64,000 nt of DNA, taken from NCBI RefSeq assembly GCF_018977255.1, contig NW_024704764.1, positions 7,192,001-7,256,000 of the forward strand, written 5' to 3'. Under the pieces are notes generated by a model. It worked only from the letters and a program-made list of their open reading frames with translations, had not been told where the DNA came from and searched no databases. The translations under genes were made by a program, and so were the position numbers. This document shows positions 47,701-59,559 of this stretch, in pieces. Every line of letters starts with the position of its first letter. The stretch's first letter is position 1. This stretch comes from Callorhinchus milii (taxonomy: Eukaryota).

Positions 47701-50466
47701 AAACCGAGGTCCTGTCGGCTGGTTCAGGTGGATGTCAAGATTCCATGGAGAAGGGGAGCATCTTTGGATGTCCAGCCAACCCTCCAGATTTAACTTAATG
47801 GCAGTAAGCAAAAAATGTCTACTACTCAGCTAGGAATGCAGTGGACATCCGAAACACACCCTAGAACATAATAATGATGCTTGCATTTGACAGAGCGCCT
47901 TATCACGTCTTCGAGACGTCTCAAAGCGCTTCACAGAATAGACTGTAAAGTGAATTGACTGTGTATGTAAGTAGCAGGAAAGAAAGAATTTAAAACTCTT
48001 GCCATGTACCCAGCAAGCAGCTGGGGCGGGAGCCATGCCTGTTAAGATGGGAAATTCTTATTATCCAATTTTTCCTCCCGTCCAGAAGGCTGTGGGCTCT
48101 TTTTCCTTTTAGCCAGTGGTGATTCTACAGATGGCTGGCACTTAATTCGTGTGTGAACTCGGGCAGTGAGTGTCGGCAGGGGATTTGACCACACAGACAT
48201 CGCCGCTCTTGAACAAGTCCTCGCTCAACACCCTCAGCACACGCATCGTATAACCGCTACGATTTGGCGTGTTGCTTACACCCAACAGATCTGGCCTCTT
48301 CCTGCCGTTAAACCCCGCAAGTTTAATCTGCGTCCACATCTGGCTGGAACCTGACAGGTCCTTGCACACTGCACGGCTTTTTTTATGTTAATCAGGGGAA
48401 AGAAAAATGCGGTCAATTATTTGCAGTGTGGAGACCAAAGTCTAAAGGCATATCATGACGGAACCAGGATGGTAATGCAGGGCTGCAAGACTTCTGTAAT
48501 ATTGCCTCTTTGCGGCTCCACAAAATCAGAGCCCAAATCTAATTGAGGGGAGACCAGGAGAATTTTTTGTAATCCAGTTTTTTTTTAAAAAACCGAGAGA
48601 ATTGTTTCAATCTGGAACTGCCTCTAAGTTCAGTGGCAGCAGATTCGATAGAAGCTTTCAAAAGAGAATTGGATAGGTATTTGAAAAGGGAAAAGATTTG
48701 CAGGGCCATTGGGGTAGGAGCGGGGGAGTGGTGGGCCGGTGGCCCGAATGGCCTCCTTCTGTGCTGTAAGATTCTATGATTTTAAGAATCGTTGGGTGTT
48801 TTGCGTTTGCTGTTTCCTGGGTGCCCCCAACACAGCCCCAGGGAGAACACAAATGCAGCCTGCTGTAACCCACACCCTTTCTGGCATTTCACAGAAGCGT
48901 CTCCATAGTACCAGGGAACTGGATTGTCCCAAAAGATAATCAGTGGATCGTAGTGCTGGTGTAAGCTGTGCCGCTTCCGACGTCCTCACTCTTTTCGGGC
49001 TGTAATTTGCTTCGACTGGATTTCAGTGGGACAAATGAGAGCCTCACACACTGAGTAGCTCAGATATGGCTTCACTGTGCACAGATCTTCAAAGTTGGAG
49101 TTAGAACTTTTGGCATTTTTCTTGTATGGTTTTCCAATAAGTTAATTTAATTTAAAAAATTCCTTACATTTGATACGGTGCCTTATCGTAACATCTGAAA
49201 GCTATTGGAAGAATCTTTACAGACAGACAAATACCTTTTTTTTAAAAAGTCAGCTACAGGGGTTTGGGGAAATGCGACTGAAAGGAAGCTGGCCCAGACA
49301 CCATGGACCAAATGGCCTTCTTCTGTGCTGTAAATTTCTATGTTTCTACCGTAAAGTGTATATTTGTTGATGAATACAGAAGCCGATTTGCAGACAGCAA
49401 TGTCCTAAACATCCATGAAGTGACAAACCAACTTTATCTGGAGGATGTTTGCGAGGACACTGGGAGAAACTCCCTTCTCTTTTCGAATCCAATCATGGGT
49501 CCACGGAGTCTTTAATGTCCACCTGATGGGACATCAGTTGAATGTCTCACGGAAAGAATGACACCACCAACAAAGCTATCGCTCCCCCATACACTTATAG
49601 GAACATCAATCTCAACCGTGAGCAGAAAGTCCTAACCTGGAGCTTAAACCCACAATTTTCTGATTCGGAGGTGAGAGTCCGAGCACTGAGCTGGAGATAG
49701 GAGACCCTCGCTCATCCTGCACCAGTACCCACTGACACTCCAATACGGCGCTGGGGATGCATTGCATTGTCGGAGGTGCCGTCCTTCAGATGAGACGACA
49801 AACTGGCCTACAAATCCCCCCCCAAATAAAATCGATCGCTCACTCCATCGGAGTTCGCCGGAGGTTGCTGAGTGCAAACTGGCCTCCCCGTTTCACCCAC
49901 AAAATACACCGTCACTCCACTTTATGTGAACCACTTCAAGAAGGATCAACAAGGTGATAAGGCGCTGTATCAAATGCAAGGATTGTGTTCAATGCAGCCC
50001 CTTATCACCTAATAAAAGTAATAATAATCTGGTCACTCGATCCACGGCTGTTTGTGGGGACGCCGCTGTGCGCAATTGGCTGCCGCGTATCACCCACAAA
50101 GCTTACGGTCAAATAAATCACTATACAGCATATCCCGTGAAGCGCTTTCAGACGTCTCAAAGACATGGATAAGGCGCTATATCAAACGCGAGGATTATGG
50201 TTATTATTGAGGATTAGTATTATTATAATAACTATCACAGGAGCCCCTGTAACCAGACAGCCTAAGGAAGGGGCAAATTCCACCGCACATAAAAGACAGG
50301 ACAAAGAGCTCAGCTGAGCTCAGTCTCACACACTTACCGCTTGAAGTTTTCCAACACGTAGCTCCTGTAGTTCTTCTTCCTCTCTCTCCACCTCGCCATA
50401 GTCTCGCCCCAGCACAGTGAAGCCCTGCCTGCAGCACCAGAACAAGCAACCACCCCACAGAGGCAT
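36237..50466 (-). CDS. PLEKHH3: PLEKHH3 (PH-MyTH4-FERM protein), 777 aa, join of 13 exons
   Basis: Exons 50466-50338, 45485-45433, 44899-44805, 42856-42677, 42309-42152, 41679-41556, 41113-40816, 40041-39834, 38809-38673, 38395-38275, 37627-37163, 36933-36742, 36410-36237; 2334 nt in frame. PH (GWLHRG...[15 protein letters not shown]), MyTH4 ([13 protein letters not shown]...RYWQLLTCM), FERM (SHTTAGE, LHFKLYC). Lies between TUBG and CCR10 as in human. Confidence 0.93.
36742..36933 (-). CDS. PLEKHH3: PLEKHH3 exon 12
   Basis: [34 protein letters not shown]...FLFESNQ. Confidence 0.9.
37163..37627 (-). CDS. PLEKHH3: PLEKHH3 exon 11
   Basis: [10 protein letters not shown]...[10 protein letters not shown]...[32 protein letters not shown]. 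Confidence 0.92.
38275..38395 (-). CDS. PLEKHH3: PLEKHH3 exon 10
   Basis: [28 protein letters not shown]. Confidence 0.92.
38673..38809 (-). CDS. PLEKHH3: PLEKHH3 exon 9
   Basis: [22 protein letters not shown]...[10 protein letters not shown]. Confidence 0.93.
39834..40041 (-). CDS. PLEKHH3: PLEKHH3 exon 8
   Basis: [13 protein letters not shown]...[10 protein letters not shown]...IGSHTTAGE. Confidence 0.93.
40816..41113 (-). CDS. PLEKHH3: PLEKHH3 exon 7 (MyTH4)
   Basis: [17 protein letters not shown]...[13 protein letters not shown]...[16 protein letters not shown]. Confidence 0.92.
41556..41679 (-). CDS. PLEKHH3: PLEKHH3 exon 6
   Basis: [36 protein letters not shown]. Confidence 0.93.
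42152..42309 (-). CDS. PLEKHH3: PLEKHH3 exon 5
   Basis: [10 protein letters not shown]...[30 protein letters not shown]. Confidence 0.93.
42677..42856 (-). CDS. PLEKHH3: PLEKHH3 exon 4 (PH domain)
   Basis: [27 protein letters not shown]...[14 protein letters not shown]. Confidence 0.93.
44321..44683 (+). mobile_element. Near-full-length tRNA-derived SINE, long-form subfamily
   Basis: gtggagccctgtagttcagtggtt head, internal cctctgtttacctagcagtaagtaggaacc block, tail gaaacgtctcaaagacgtgataag...(TTA)n. Similar copies at 38860-39152, 40537-40765 (-), 59252-59563 (-), 61225-61557. Confidence 0.85.
44745..44795. repeat. (GATT)n microsatellite
   Basis: About 12 perfect tetranucleotide units, about 10 nt from the PLEKHH3 exon 3 donor. 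Confidence 0.97.
44805..44899 (-). CDS. PLEKHH3: PLEKHH3 exon 3
   Basis: [31 protein letters not shown](G). Confidence 0.8.
45433..45485 (-). CDS. PLEKHH3: PLEKHH3 exon 2
   Basis: [17 protein letters not shown](R), AG/GT flanks, phase fits. Confidence 0.75.
48555..48782 (+). mobile_element. CR1-type LINE 3' end fragment
   Basis: Degenerate ORF2 end and tail ggcccgaatggcctccttctgtgctgtaagattctatgatt. Confidence 0.7.
50338..50466 (-). CDS. PLEKHH3: PLEKHH3 exon 1
   Basis: [37 protein letters not shown]..., similar to human MPLPGGLWWLLCCRRGFTLLRRDYG; donor gtaagt. Confidence 0.9.
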
Positions 50467-50478
50467 TCACAAGGCAAG

Positions 50479-50514
<36 letters not shown>

Positions 50515-53500
50515 CTGCGTCCTTGCCTTGTCCACCTCCTTCACATCAAGCCTCCTTCTCTTGAGAGTCAATCAATTTCCCTTTCACCTGGCCCTTAATT
50601 AGAGTGGATTCTAACCCAGTGAGTGTGTGTGTGACACTCTCTCTCTCTCTTTCAGTCAGACCTCTCTGTCCCTGGGACACCAGCCCACTTTGTGCTGTAA
50701 CACAATCTCTCCTGTTCACTGCTCTCAGTTAGGAAGAGTAAGTAAAAGAGAGAGAGGGAGGGAGGGAAGGGAGGGAGGGAGGGAGTGGAAAAGCAGAGAA
50801 AGAGAGAGAGATAGACAGATAGAGATAGATGGATGGATAGAGAGAACAGACCTTTAAGACCCACTCCTTCCAACTCTTCCACTCATCTGGACAGAGATCA
50901 TTGACCTCCAAGCAGTTTTGCTCAGTCACTCACTACACACAGACACACACATATGTACAGGCATCAACCAGATGCACACACACACACACACACAGCATAG
51001 CACAGTGTTGGGCTGGGCTAAGGTTTGGGCTTGGGAGTTGGAGCTCTTGTTGCATCATGTGGCCTGTGGCTGGGAGCCAGATGCCAAGAGGAGGAGCCTG
51101 GAGTGGTCCCAGCTAACTTTAACCCTTTCTTCCTAACGTTTCCTGTTGCTGCTGGAATTTTAAATGCTTGCAGATGTTTTTTTTTCGCAGGAATTTCTTG
51201 CAGTGCCACCAACCAACCAACCGACCGACCGACCGACCAACCCACCAAGGAAGCGTGTTGGGTTGCCAGGTAATTGGCAATGCCGCGTCCAAAGTTGCTT
51301 AAATTCTAACGACGTTTTTATTAATCAACCAAACTCCAGCCTGGAAGGTGTCAGGTGTGTCATCGACGGGGAACGTGCCACCACTGCTCACCCGCACACA
51401 GCTGCAGGGCGCCCGCTTACACTGAACAATAATAATAACAATAATAATGATGATGCTTGCATTTGATATAGCGCCTTATCGCGGCTTCGAGACGTCCCAC
51501 AGTGCTTCGCAGGATATACTGTAAAGTGGAGTGACGGTGTATTCTGCAGACGAAACGCGGCAGCCAATTGCGCAATGAACAAGGAGACGTGTGGGAAGCC
51601 CTTGTCGGGAGGGCTATTCCACACAAGGAGCAGATGACACGGTCTCCAAGGTTGATTCCAACCCCTGCACGAGGTCCTCCCTTGATTGGGAGCCCCTTTC
51701 TGCCACCGCCCCCCCTTCCGCCTCCCCATGGCTCAAAGGACCGTGGGTGGTTGTGCCAACCCGCGGCTGTGAGCCACTTGCCAGACAAGGAGCCTGGTCA
51801 CAGACAACCTTTCCCAAAGAAAGTTTAGCTCTTCCTTCCCACATGCTGTGCACAATTGGCTGCCGCCTTTTGCCCACAAAACACACAGTCACTACACTTT
51901 ACAGTATATCCTGTGAAGCACTTTGAGACGTCTCAACAACGTGATGAGACACTATATCAAATGCAAGGATTATTACTATTACTATTGGTCCTGCCCTCGC
52001 GCTTCCAACATATCATTTGACCTGATATTTCCATAGCAGCCAAGCCAAGGGTCAACTTGGCTCAGTTCTAAGCCTGTGACTCAGAACGTTTGTTGATTTA
52101 AGCTTCCCATCAGGACCCGAACACAAAGTCTAGACTGGCATCGGCCTATATATAAAAGAAGGTCACTCCAATTGACTTTATTTTTTGTGAAACACTTGAA
52201 ACATTAACGTTAACGCATTGCTACAGAAATACGAGTTGCTTCTTCCAATGGTGTAAAAACGCTTGACATAGCACCCCAACTGACACAAACAGTGCAGTAC
52301 AATAAGGAAATGAAAGGGAGAAAAGGTAATTGCGCATAGCCGTGTTCCACCAACGGTCGTGGATTGAGTGACCAAATTATTAATTATTATTATTTTTTTC
52401 GCGTGGGAGAAAGAGAGAGAGAAACAGGCACACGTGCACAGAAACAGAGCTTGGGTGACACACATAGACACACATGCACCGTCCAAGGCAATCAGAGAGA
52501 CGCACACAAACAAAGAGATAGACACGGACACACATTGGGTGTGAGATAGACAGAGACATTCTATAATGTATATCATCTTAAGAATTGTATATTTTCGCCC
52601 ACAAAAATATACAGTCAATTCACTTGACAGTGTATTCTTTGAAGGACTATGAGACGTCTCGAAGACGTGATAAGACGCTGTATCAAATGAGAGGACTATT
52701 ATTATTGTTGTGTTCTCCTGTTTGCAAACATCTTGGAGAAAGGGATGCTGCTTTAAATGGGCACGTCGCTGTGCGGTGCAGAGATTCTTGCTGATCTGTC
52801 CGCACACTGCTGGAAGCTTCAGGTTCAATGTGCAAATGTGAATCATCAGACACACCCTGCCAACCATCATCTCTTCCTAAAGCCGGAGCATGTGCAGCAA
52901 TGACACAAGCATCTTGAAACGCAGTCTAGGTGTGTCTGTCTGTCTGGGCACAGCTCTCAGTCAGTTTGCAGTAATGACTGCCTTACTGATCCTGATTCAC
53001 GCAATGCATATAAAATTGTTCATTGACTTCATGGCTGTCTGTGGAGCATTGGGGTTGATAGGCTCACGGAGCCTGTCATAAAACATAAAAATAGTCACAG
53101 AAAAATTGCTACTGTGAGACATCAGTTTTTCAAGACACAGTTGCTATTTTTGTACCGTTTGCACGGCCGCCTGTGTCTCTTATTATCCCACATTTTAAAT
53201 AAATGGTGGGTGAAGTTAACTGGACTTTATGCAAGAGCATTGAATGTAAATGACACAAAATTATGTTAAGTTTATACAAGAAATCACAGGATTATTATTA
53301 TTAATTATTATTATTATCATTGGTGGTCGAGCTTTCCATTCTGTACCTCTGACCTCTGGAGCACTCTCCTGTAATCTTGCCCCCACACTCCCCCATCTGT
53401 CTTCAATTCTCGCTTAAAACCTACCTCTTTAACGACATCTGTGATAACCTCACTTTTGCCATCTTCCATCTCGCCACTGTAAAGCACTCTAAGGCATGAT

Positions 53501-55041
53501 TTTATATGAAGGGCACTATATAATTCTGAGTTGTTGTCTGTTGTTGGTTGAATAAATTTGGAAAGAATCGCATATTTATAGCATCTCACATCAAAATTAG
53601 TTTTACAGTAATTTCTGCCCAAGTTAATGATTTTTGTAACAATAGTTCCTACACTTGGTATAGGGACTTTCACACCAGTAGACAAACTAATTTCTCTTTT
53701 TGAATCGTGCCATAGAACAGACACTCAAAGCCTCGGTTTAACATTGCTTCTGAAGGAAGTCTATTTACACACAGCAAGGTCCACAAACATTCGTGATAAC
53801 CTTGCATTTGGTAATAACGCCTCATCGGATCATCAAGATATCACAAAGCACTTCCTTGTGTAAAGATTTTACTGTAAAGTGTAGTGACTGTGTATTTGCG
53901 GCCATGAGATGAATGACTAATTCATCTGAGGATTGTCAGCCTGGACACTGGCTTCCTGTATGAAGGAAGGTTGACTAAATTGAGGCTTTATCCTCTGTAA
54001 CAGAAGAAATTGGGAGATTGATTTGATAGAACTGTTTAACACTCTGAAGTTGATTTGAGGAATACTATTTCACTTGGTGGGAACTTTGCTAGACGTGGGA
54101 TTGTTAGCAAAATAATCAGGGGAGAGGCTAGAAGAAATAAGAAATTTCCACTCTCGGTGGGTGGTCAGGGTTTTGGAGTATATCGTGACAGGTGATTCTT
54201 TGACGCTACATCAAGCAATCGCTCTAAAGGAAACTGGATAAGCTTCTGAGAAGTAAATAAAATAAAGACCTAAAGAAAGAGCTGGAAATAGAATTAAGGA
54301 AAGGGACGATTTAAAACTACGGAAGTCGCAGTGGCCGACAAGCTGGGCTGAAAGACCTTCCTCGGAGCTGAAAATTTCTACCGGGTAAAAATTGTGGTAT
54401 TATAAACCATTCATTTTTCATGTTGGGGTGCACTTGACATTCTGACCTTCACGCTCAAACTGCTGCAGTACATTGAATGGCCACGAGGTGGTTGTCCAGG
54501 CCACGGTTTGTGACTGATTGCACGTCAACCGGGCGCAGTGGTGGAGCTCTCGCCTCCGAGTCGGAAGGTTGTGGGTTCAAGCCCCCACGTTGGCACTTGG
54601 AATCACACAGTCCAAGGCTAAGCTATGCACATTCTCTCTGTGATAGTTGACTAAGAATAATGATGTGGAGGCTGATTGTTATCTCCATTTCTGTGGTCAG
54701 GGTTTGGAGTGTATTGTGACAGGTGATTTTTGACGGTAAATCAAGCAATCAATCAGAAGGAAACTGGATAAGCTTCTGAGAAGTCAAAAAAAACATGAAG
54801 AAAGAGCTGGAAATAGAGCTGAGATCAGTCACAGAATGTGAGGTTCTCACTATACACAGATCCATTCATATAGGAAGTGCAGTCACCAATTATCCCAGGG
54901 TGAGGAAAAACATTGCTGCATGATACAAGCGCCCTCTCGCCCCACACTGCGGTGTAACTGTGGAGCTACGCAGCAGGCGAGAAAGTGTTAGTCACCAGAA
55001 AAATTGAAAAAGACACAGCTTAAATGAATCAGGTCTAAAGC

Positions 55042-55047
55042 TTTATT
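55042..55047 (-). terminator. Probable CCR10 polyadenylation signal
   Basis: AATAAA on the minus strand about 265 nt after the stop. Confidence 0.55.
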
Positions 55048-55310
55048 CAGTTGTGCAGCTGCTGATTGCCACACGATACAATACAGCAGAAAATTAAATC
55101 TATCCAGTGCCTTTCACGTCGGGAGGATGTCCCAAAGCGATAGACAGTCCGGGATTTGGACTATCACTGTTGTGCGCAATTGGCTGTCGCGTTTCGCCCA
55201 CAAAATATACAGTTAATTCACTTTACGGCGTATTCTGTGAAGCGCTTTGGGACGACTCAAAGACGTGATAAGGCGCTGTATCGAAATGCAAGGATTATTT
55301 ACATGTTTCT

Positions 55311-56381
55311 TTAAAGAGCGAAAGAGCTGCTTGTTTCTATGTTAGAAGCTGAGCCTCGCTTGGTGTACCTTCTCGATCTGAAGTGCTTGAGACAGCGTGT
55401 GCGACTGATGCAACCGCTGGCCTGGAGCAGATGCAAGATATCACTTCTGAATCTGACACCCACAAAGGCGTAGAGGAGGGGGTTCAGGCAGCAGCGGGAA
55501 TAGGCCAGGCAGCTGGTGACCTGGATGGTGATATCTCGCTGACTTCTCTGCTGACAAACCGATGAGCTGTGGTTCAAAGTATCAGCGGTCTCGAGGATGC
55601 TGATTATATTGTACGGCGTCTGGAAGACCACGAACGTCACCACGATGGCCATTATGACCTTGAAGGCTTTGTGCTTCTCCGAGTTCCGTGCCTGCAGCAG
55701 GGTCCGGATGATGATGGAATAACAGAACAACATGACCAGCAGAGGGATGAGAAAGCCAATCACCAGCTGTGTGATTAGGGTCCCCACCTTCATCCAACCA
55801 TTGGCCACATCTGGGTAGGTCATCCAACACACCTGCTCCTCCAACTCCACATGGCTGTAGATGAACTGCGGCAGGCTTATCAGGATGGACACGAACCAGA
55901 CGATCAAGCAAGTGACCTTGCTGTAGTAAATGGTCTTGCCTCGGAGACGGTGAGCTAGGGTGGCCCTGACAATCACAATGTACCTGTCCACGCTGATGCA
56001 GGTCAGGAACAGGAAGCCGCTGTAGAAGGTCATGCTGTAGAGGCTCTGCACGATTTTGCACATGGCGTTTCCGAAGATCCAGCCGTGCACAGAGCTGGCA
56101 GCCATGTAGGGGAGAGTGAAAATGAACAAGAGGTCAGCAATGGCCAGGTTCAGCAGATACATATCAGTCATGCTCTTCAGTTTCCTGTAACAGATGTAGA
56201 TGGTCAGGACGAGGCCATTCCCGACCAGGCCCAGGATGAAGACCACGGAATAGACGCAGGGTTGCAGCACCCGGATTAAGTCTATCACGTAGACATTCTC
56301 ACAGGGAGCTGGAAACCTCGAGTAATCTACGTTGTTTGTTTCTTCGGGGTAATCAGTGCTTACCTCATAAGTTGCCATCAT
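55311..56381 (-). CDS. CCR10: CC chemokine receptor, CCR10 by synteny (CCR7/9/10 group), about 356 aa
   Basis: Intact 7TM ORF: [52 protein letters not shown]. Acceptor ttttcag at 56391-56392 just upstream of in-frame ATGs at 56381 and 56378. Position and strand next to PLEKHH3 match human CCR10. Confidence 0.85.
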   Translation of the reverse strand: MMATYEVSTDYPEETNNVDYSRFPAPCENVYVIDLIRVLQPCVYSVVFILGLVGNGLVLTIYICYRKLKSMTDMYLLNLAIADLLFIFTLPYMAASSVHGWIFGNAMCKIVQSLYSMTFYSGFLFLTCISVDRYIVIVRATLAHRLRGKTIYYSKVTCLIVWFVSILISLPQFIYSHVELEEQVCWMTYPDVANGWMKVGTLITQLVIGFLIPLLVMLFCYSIIIRTLLQARNSEKHKAFKVIMAIVVTFVVFQTPYNIISILETADTLNHSSSVCQQRSQRDITIQVTSCLAYSRCCLNPLLYAFVGVRFRSDILHLLQASGCISRTRCLKHFRSRRYTKRGSASNIETSSSFAL

Positions 56382-57054
56382 CAGCGAAAACTGAAAAAAA
56401 AAGGCAAAATTAGACAGAGATATCTTCAGGCCTTTCCCACCTCGCCACGCACTGTGATGGTTGGACACGCAATAGGCCAGTGAAGGCCAGATAGCGTGCA
56501 TGCCAAGGAATGATGAGATGGATACACAATGGGAAGGCAGTGGACACACAATGTACGTGTGATAAATAATAATAATAAATATAAATAATCCTTGCATTTG
56601 CTATAGCGCCTTATCACGTCTTTGAGGCGTCGCAAACCACTTTGCAGAATATTCTGTAAAGTTAATGGGCTGTATATTTTGTGGGCCAAACGGATATTGC
56701 AATAGATACATAATGTGCACGTGGTGGGCGCAAATGTGCCTTTGAAAGCCACACAAATGTGCATGGAATGGACAGCCACACCATGAGCATGGGGTGAGTA
56801 TGCAGTGATCAATTCGTAAACATATACCGGTCTCTGTAACATTGCCCACGTCCACCACTACACACTGCCGACACCCTCATTCATGCTTTCATCGTATCCA
56901 GGCTTGATTATGCCAACACTCGCCGAGCTTCGCCGCTCCTCTCTATATAGGCTGCAGATATCCCAGAACAATACAGCCTGCGTCATCTCTCTACGCTCCA
57001 TGAGCTCTTCGCTCAGCTCCATTGGATCCACTCCCTCTGGTTACATCACGTTCA

Positions 57055-57379
57055 AATAATAATAATAATAATCCTTGCATTTGATATAGCGCTTTTCACG
57101 TCGGGAGGATGTCCCAAAGCGCTTCACAGAACACACTGTAAAGTGAATTGACTGTATATTTGCGGGCGAACGCGGCGGCCAATTGCGCACAGCAATGTCC
57201 CACAAACAGTCGTAGATTGAAAATGACCAATTTATTATTGTTTTTGGTTTTGGAGGGATTATTTATTAGGCTCTGTGTGGAGTAAGGAAACTTGCCCAAG
57301 GTTTCGCCCTCTGCCTGGAATTGAACTCAGGTCTCTCGCTCGCAAAGCGAGTGCTCTAACCACTGAGTTACAGGACTCC
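57055..57379 (-). mobile_element. Full-length young tRNA-derived SINE inserted into an L2 fragment (about 56870-57535, +)
   Basis: Reverse complement is near-identical to 22735-23057; flanks rejoin as an L2 sequence (ttcaa|ggtcctt). Confidence 0.9.
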
Positions 57380-58827
57380 AAGGTCCTTGTTCTTCATCTG
57401 TCTCACCCCAACCTACCAACCTGCCTCTGCGACCTCCTTCAACCCTCTCTGTGGGCAGGTTTTTATCCATTCTACTTGATGTGCTCTGGGACGCAATCCC
57501 ACATGAATGGCGCTATATAAATGCAAGTTGTTGTTGTACTCTGTGCTGTAGGATTCTATGATTCTATGATATAGCCCCCTATCACATCGTTGCGACGTCT
57601 CAAAGCGCTTCACAATATATACTGTAAAGTGGAGTGACTGTATACTTTGTGGGCAAATCCCCAAGATGAAGTCGATCATTCACTCACTGCTTGGCTTTTT
57701 GTGGGATATCAACGTGTGCAAAATTGGCAGCTAAACCTCTACAGCTACACAGTAACTATACCTCACAGTAAATCCCATGAAACGGTTTGCAATGTTTTAC
57801 CAACATAAACAGTGCTATGCCAACTATTTTCATTTAACAGTGGGTTGTGGTTAGGGGGGAAACGTGACAATCAGTGGATTGAACAGTGACTTCACAAGCA
57901 TCAGTACAGAGATCATCAAGCAAATAACTTCTCCAAGTGGTGCAAACGTCCAATAAGTTTAACCCTCTGGAGAGGAAATCGTAGAAATTCCCCTTACATC
58001 TCCTAGACACCCGTCCCCTCACTTGCATCCCAGAGCTGCACACAAAAAACACTTCGGTGATAAACTTTGACTGTCTCTCTCTTTGGTTGAGTGAAGGTAA
58101 ATGTTATCATCTGCAACAGTGCAGAAAATGTTAGCTTCCTGGCCTGGATATAACAGATAACATAGCTCTATATGTCACATAGAAACCGTAGGACTCTACA
58201 GCACAAAAGAACATTTAGCCTATTGTTTCCCGCTGCTTTTTTGACAGAACGATCCATTCAACAACAAATTACACTTGTATAGCCCCCTTCACATCGGAAA
58301 GATGTCCCAGGGCGCTGGGAAATTCAGTCCCATCCCCCCACCCATCCCATTCTCCTGCAAGTTATGTCTTTTTAGATATTAATCTTGTTCCTTCTTCAAA
58401 GTGAATGCACTTCACTTTCCTGCCTTGACCACAACCGGACATTCCAACGCTGAACAACTCAGCAAAAATTAAACTAACCACTGAGCTACAAGACTATAGC
58501 CTCACCTTTCTGCGTTCAATTACTTCACTGTTAGCTACACTCACACATGGGAGTTAGAAACTCCAACACATTCCCCATAGATACCTTCATACATTCCCAC
58601 CTTTCCCACAATTTAGCAATTGTCCACCAACTCCTTCAATACCCAGCTCCAAGTCCTTGATGTATTTTGTAAAAAGCAACAGTCTTGTGCACATTATAGG
58701 GTTACATCAATTTGATCTCAGAACACCTCTAAATTCCGCCTCTGCACTCCATGACTTAGTTGCCTTTCTATCAACTAGTTACTTTATCTCATACCTCACA
58801 GTTACCAGAGAGAAATCCTGTACTTAC

Positions 58828-58975
58828 CTCTAGTTATTGAAATAATTTCTGCACCGATTCTGGATTAGCAGTTTCGGTCTGTTACCTTGTTTGATTTTAT
58901 GTGTTCAGCGCTGTGGTCTGTGCACAGAGGTTGAACAGGAGATGGGGTCAGGTCTATGAATCTGTCTATTATAAC
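58828..58975 (-). promoter_or_regulatory. Putative CCR10 non-coding exon 1 and TATA-like promoter
   Basis: Strong donor GAG|gtaagt at 58828/58827; TATAAT on the minus strand near 58968-58973; no ATG in the intervening sequence. Confidence 0.45.
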
Positions 58976-59559
58976 CTCCCCAACTCAGCAGCAGCTTTTG
59001 CTGTGAGATCAAAGTACTAAATATCCAGAGCAGTACTGAAAGACCTGCCCACAAGTGGAAGCAGATGATTTTGTTCAATTATCTTTGCTTCCCTCCAGCA
59101 AAAGACATTTTGTTAATCTGCCTGGCTGGCACTTAAACACCCCAAATAATCCTAACCAGGTTTATCAGTGACAGAACCAGAGAGCTTTATGAGTCCTGTG
59201 AAACTTACAGAGTCTTCTGTAAAAGGCATCTTGACAATTTATCTCACTGATAAATAATAATAATCCTTGCAATTGATATAGCGCCTTATCATGTCTTCGA
59301 GACATCCCAAAGTGCTTCACAGAATATACTGTAAAGTGACTGGATATTTTGTGGGCGAAACACGGCAGTCAATTCTGCACAGTGCCATCCCACAAACAGT
59401 CGTGGATTGAGTGACAATTTTTTTGAGGGAATTATTACCCCTGGAAAAGCGATTCACCAATCGACCTACAACTGGGTTCTGACTTACTGCTAGGTAAACA
59501 GCTGCGTGTGGAGTAAGAAAACTTGCTCAACCTTTCGCTCTGCCAGGAATCAAACCCAG

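Noticed and set aside
52178-52870. 230-aa minus-strand ORF
   Set aside because: Composed of SINE fragments and (CA/GA)n low-complexity sequence.
56382-56597. N-terminal extension of the CCR ORF in the ORF track (428 aa)
   Set aside because: Runs through a polypyrimidine tract and AG acceptor into SINE sequence; intronic.
58905-58926. RE1/REST-like ttcagcgctgtggtctgtgca
   Set aside because: Several mismatches in the conserved right half; too weak to call.
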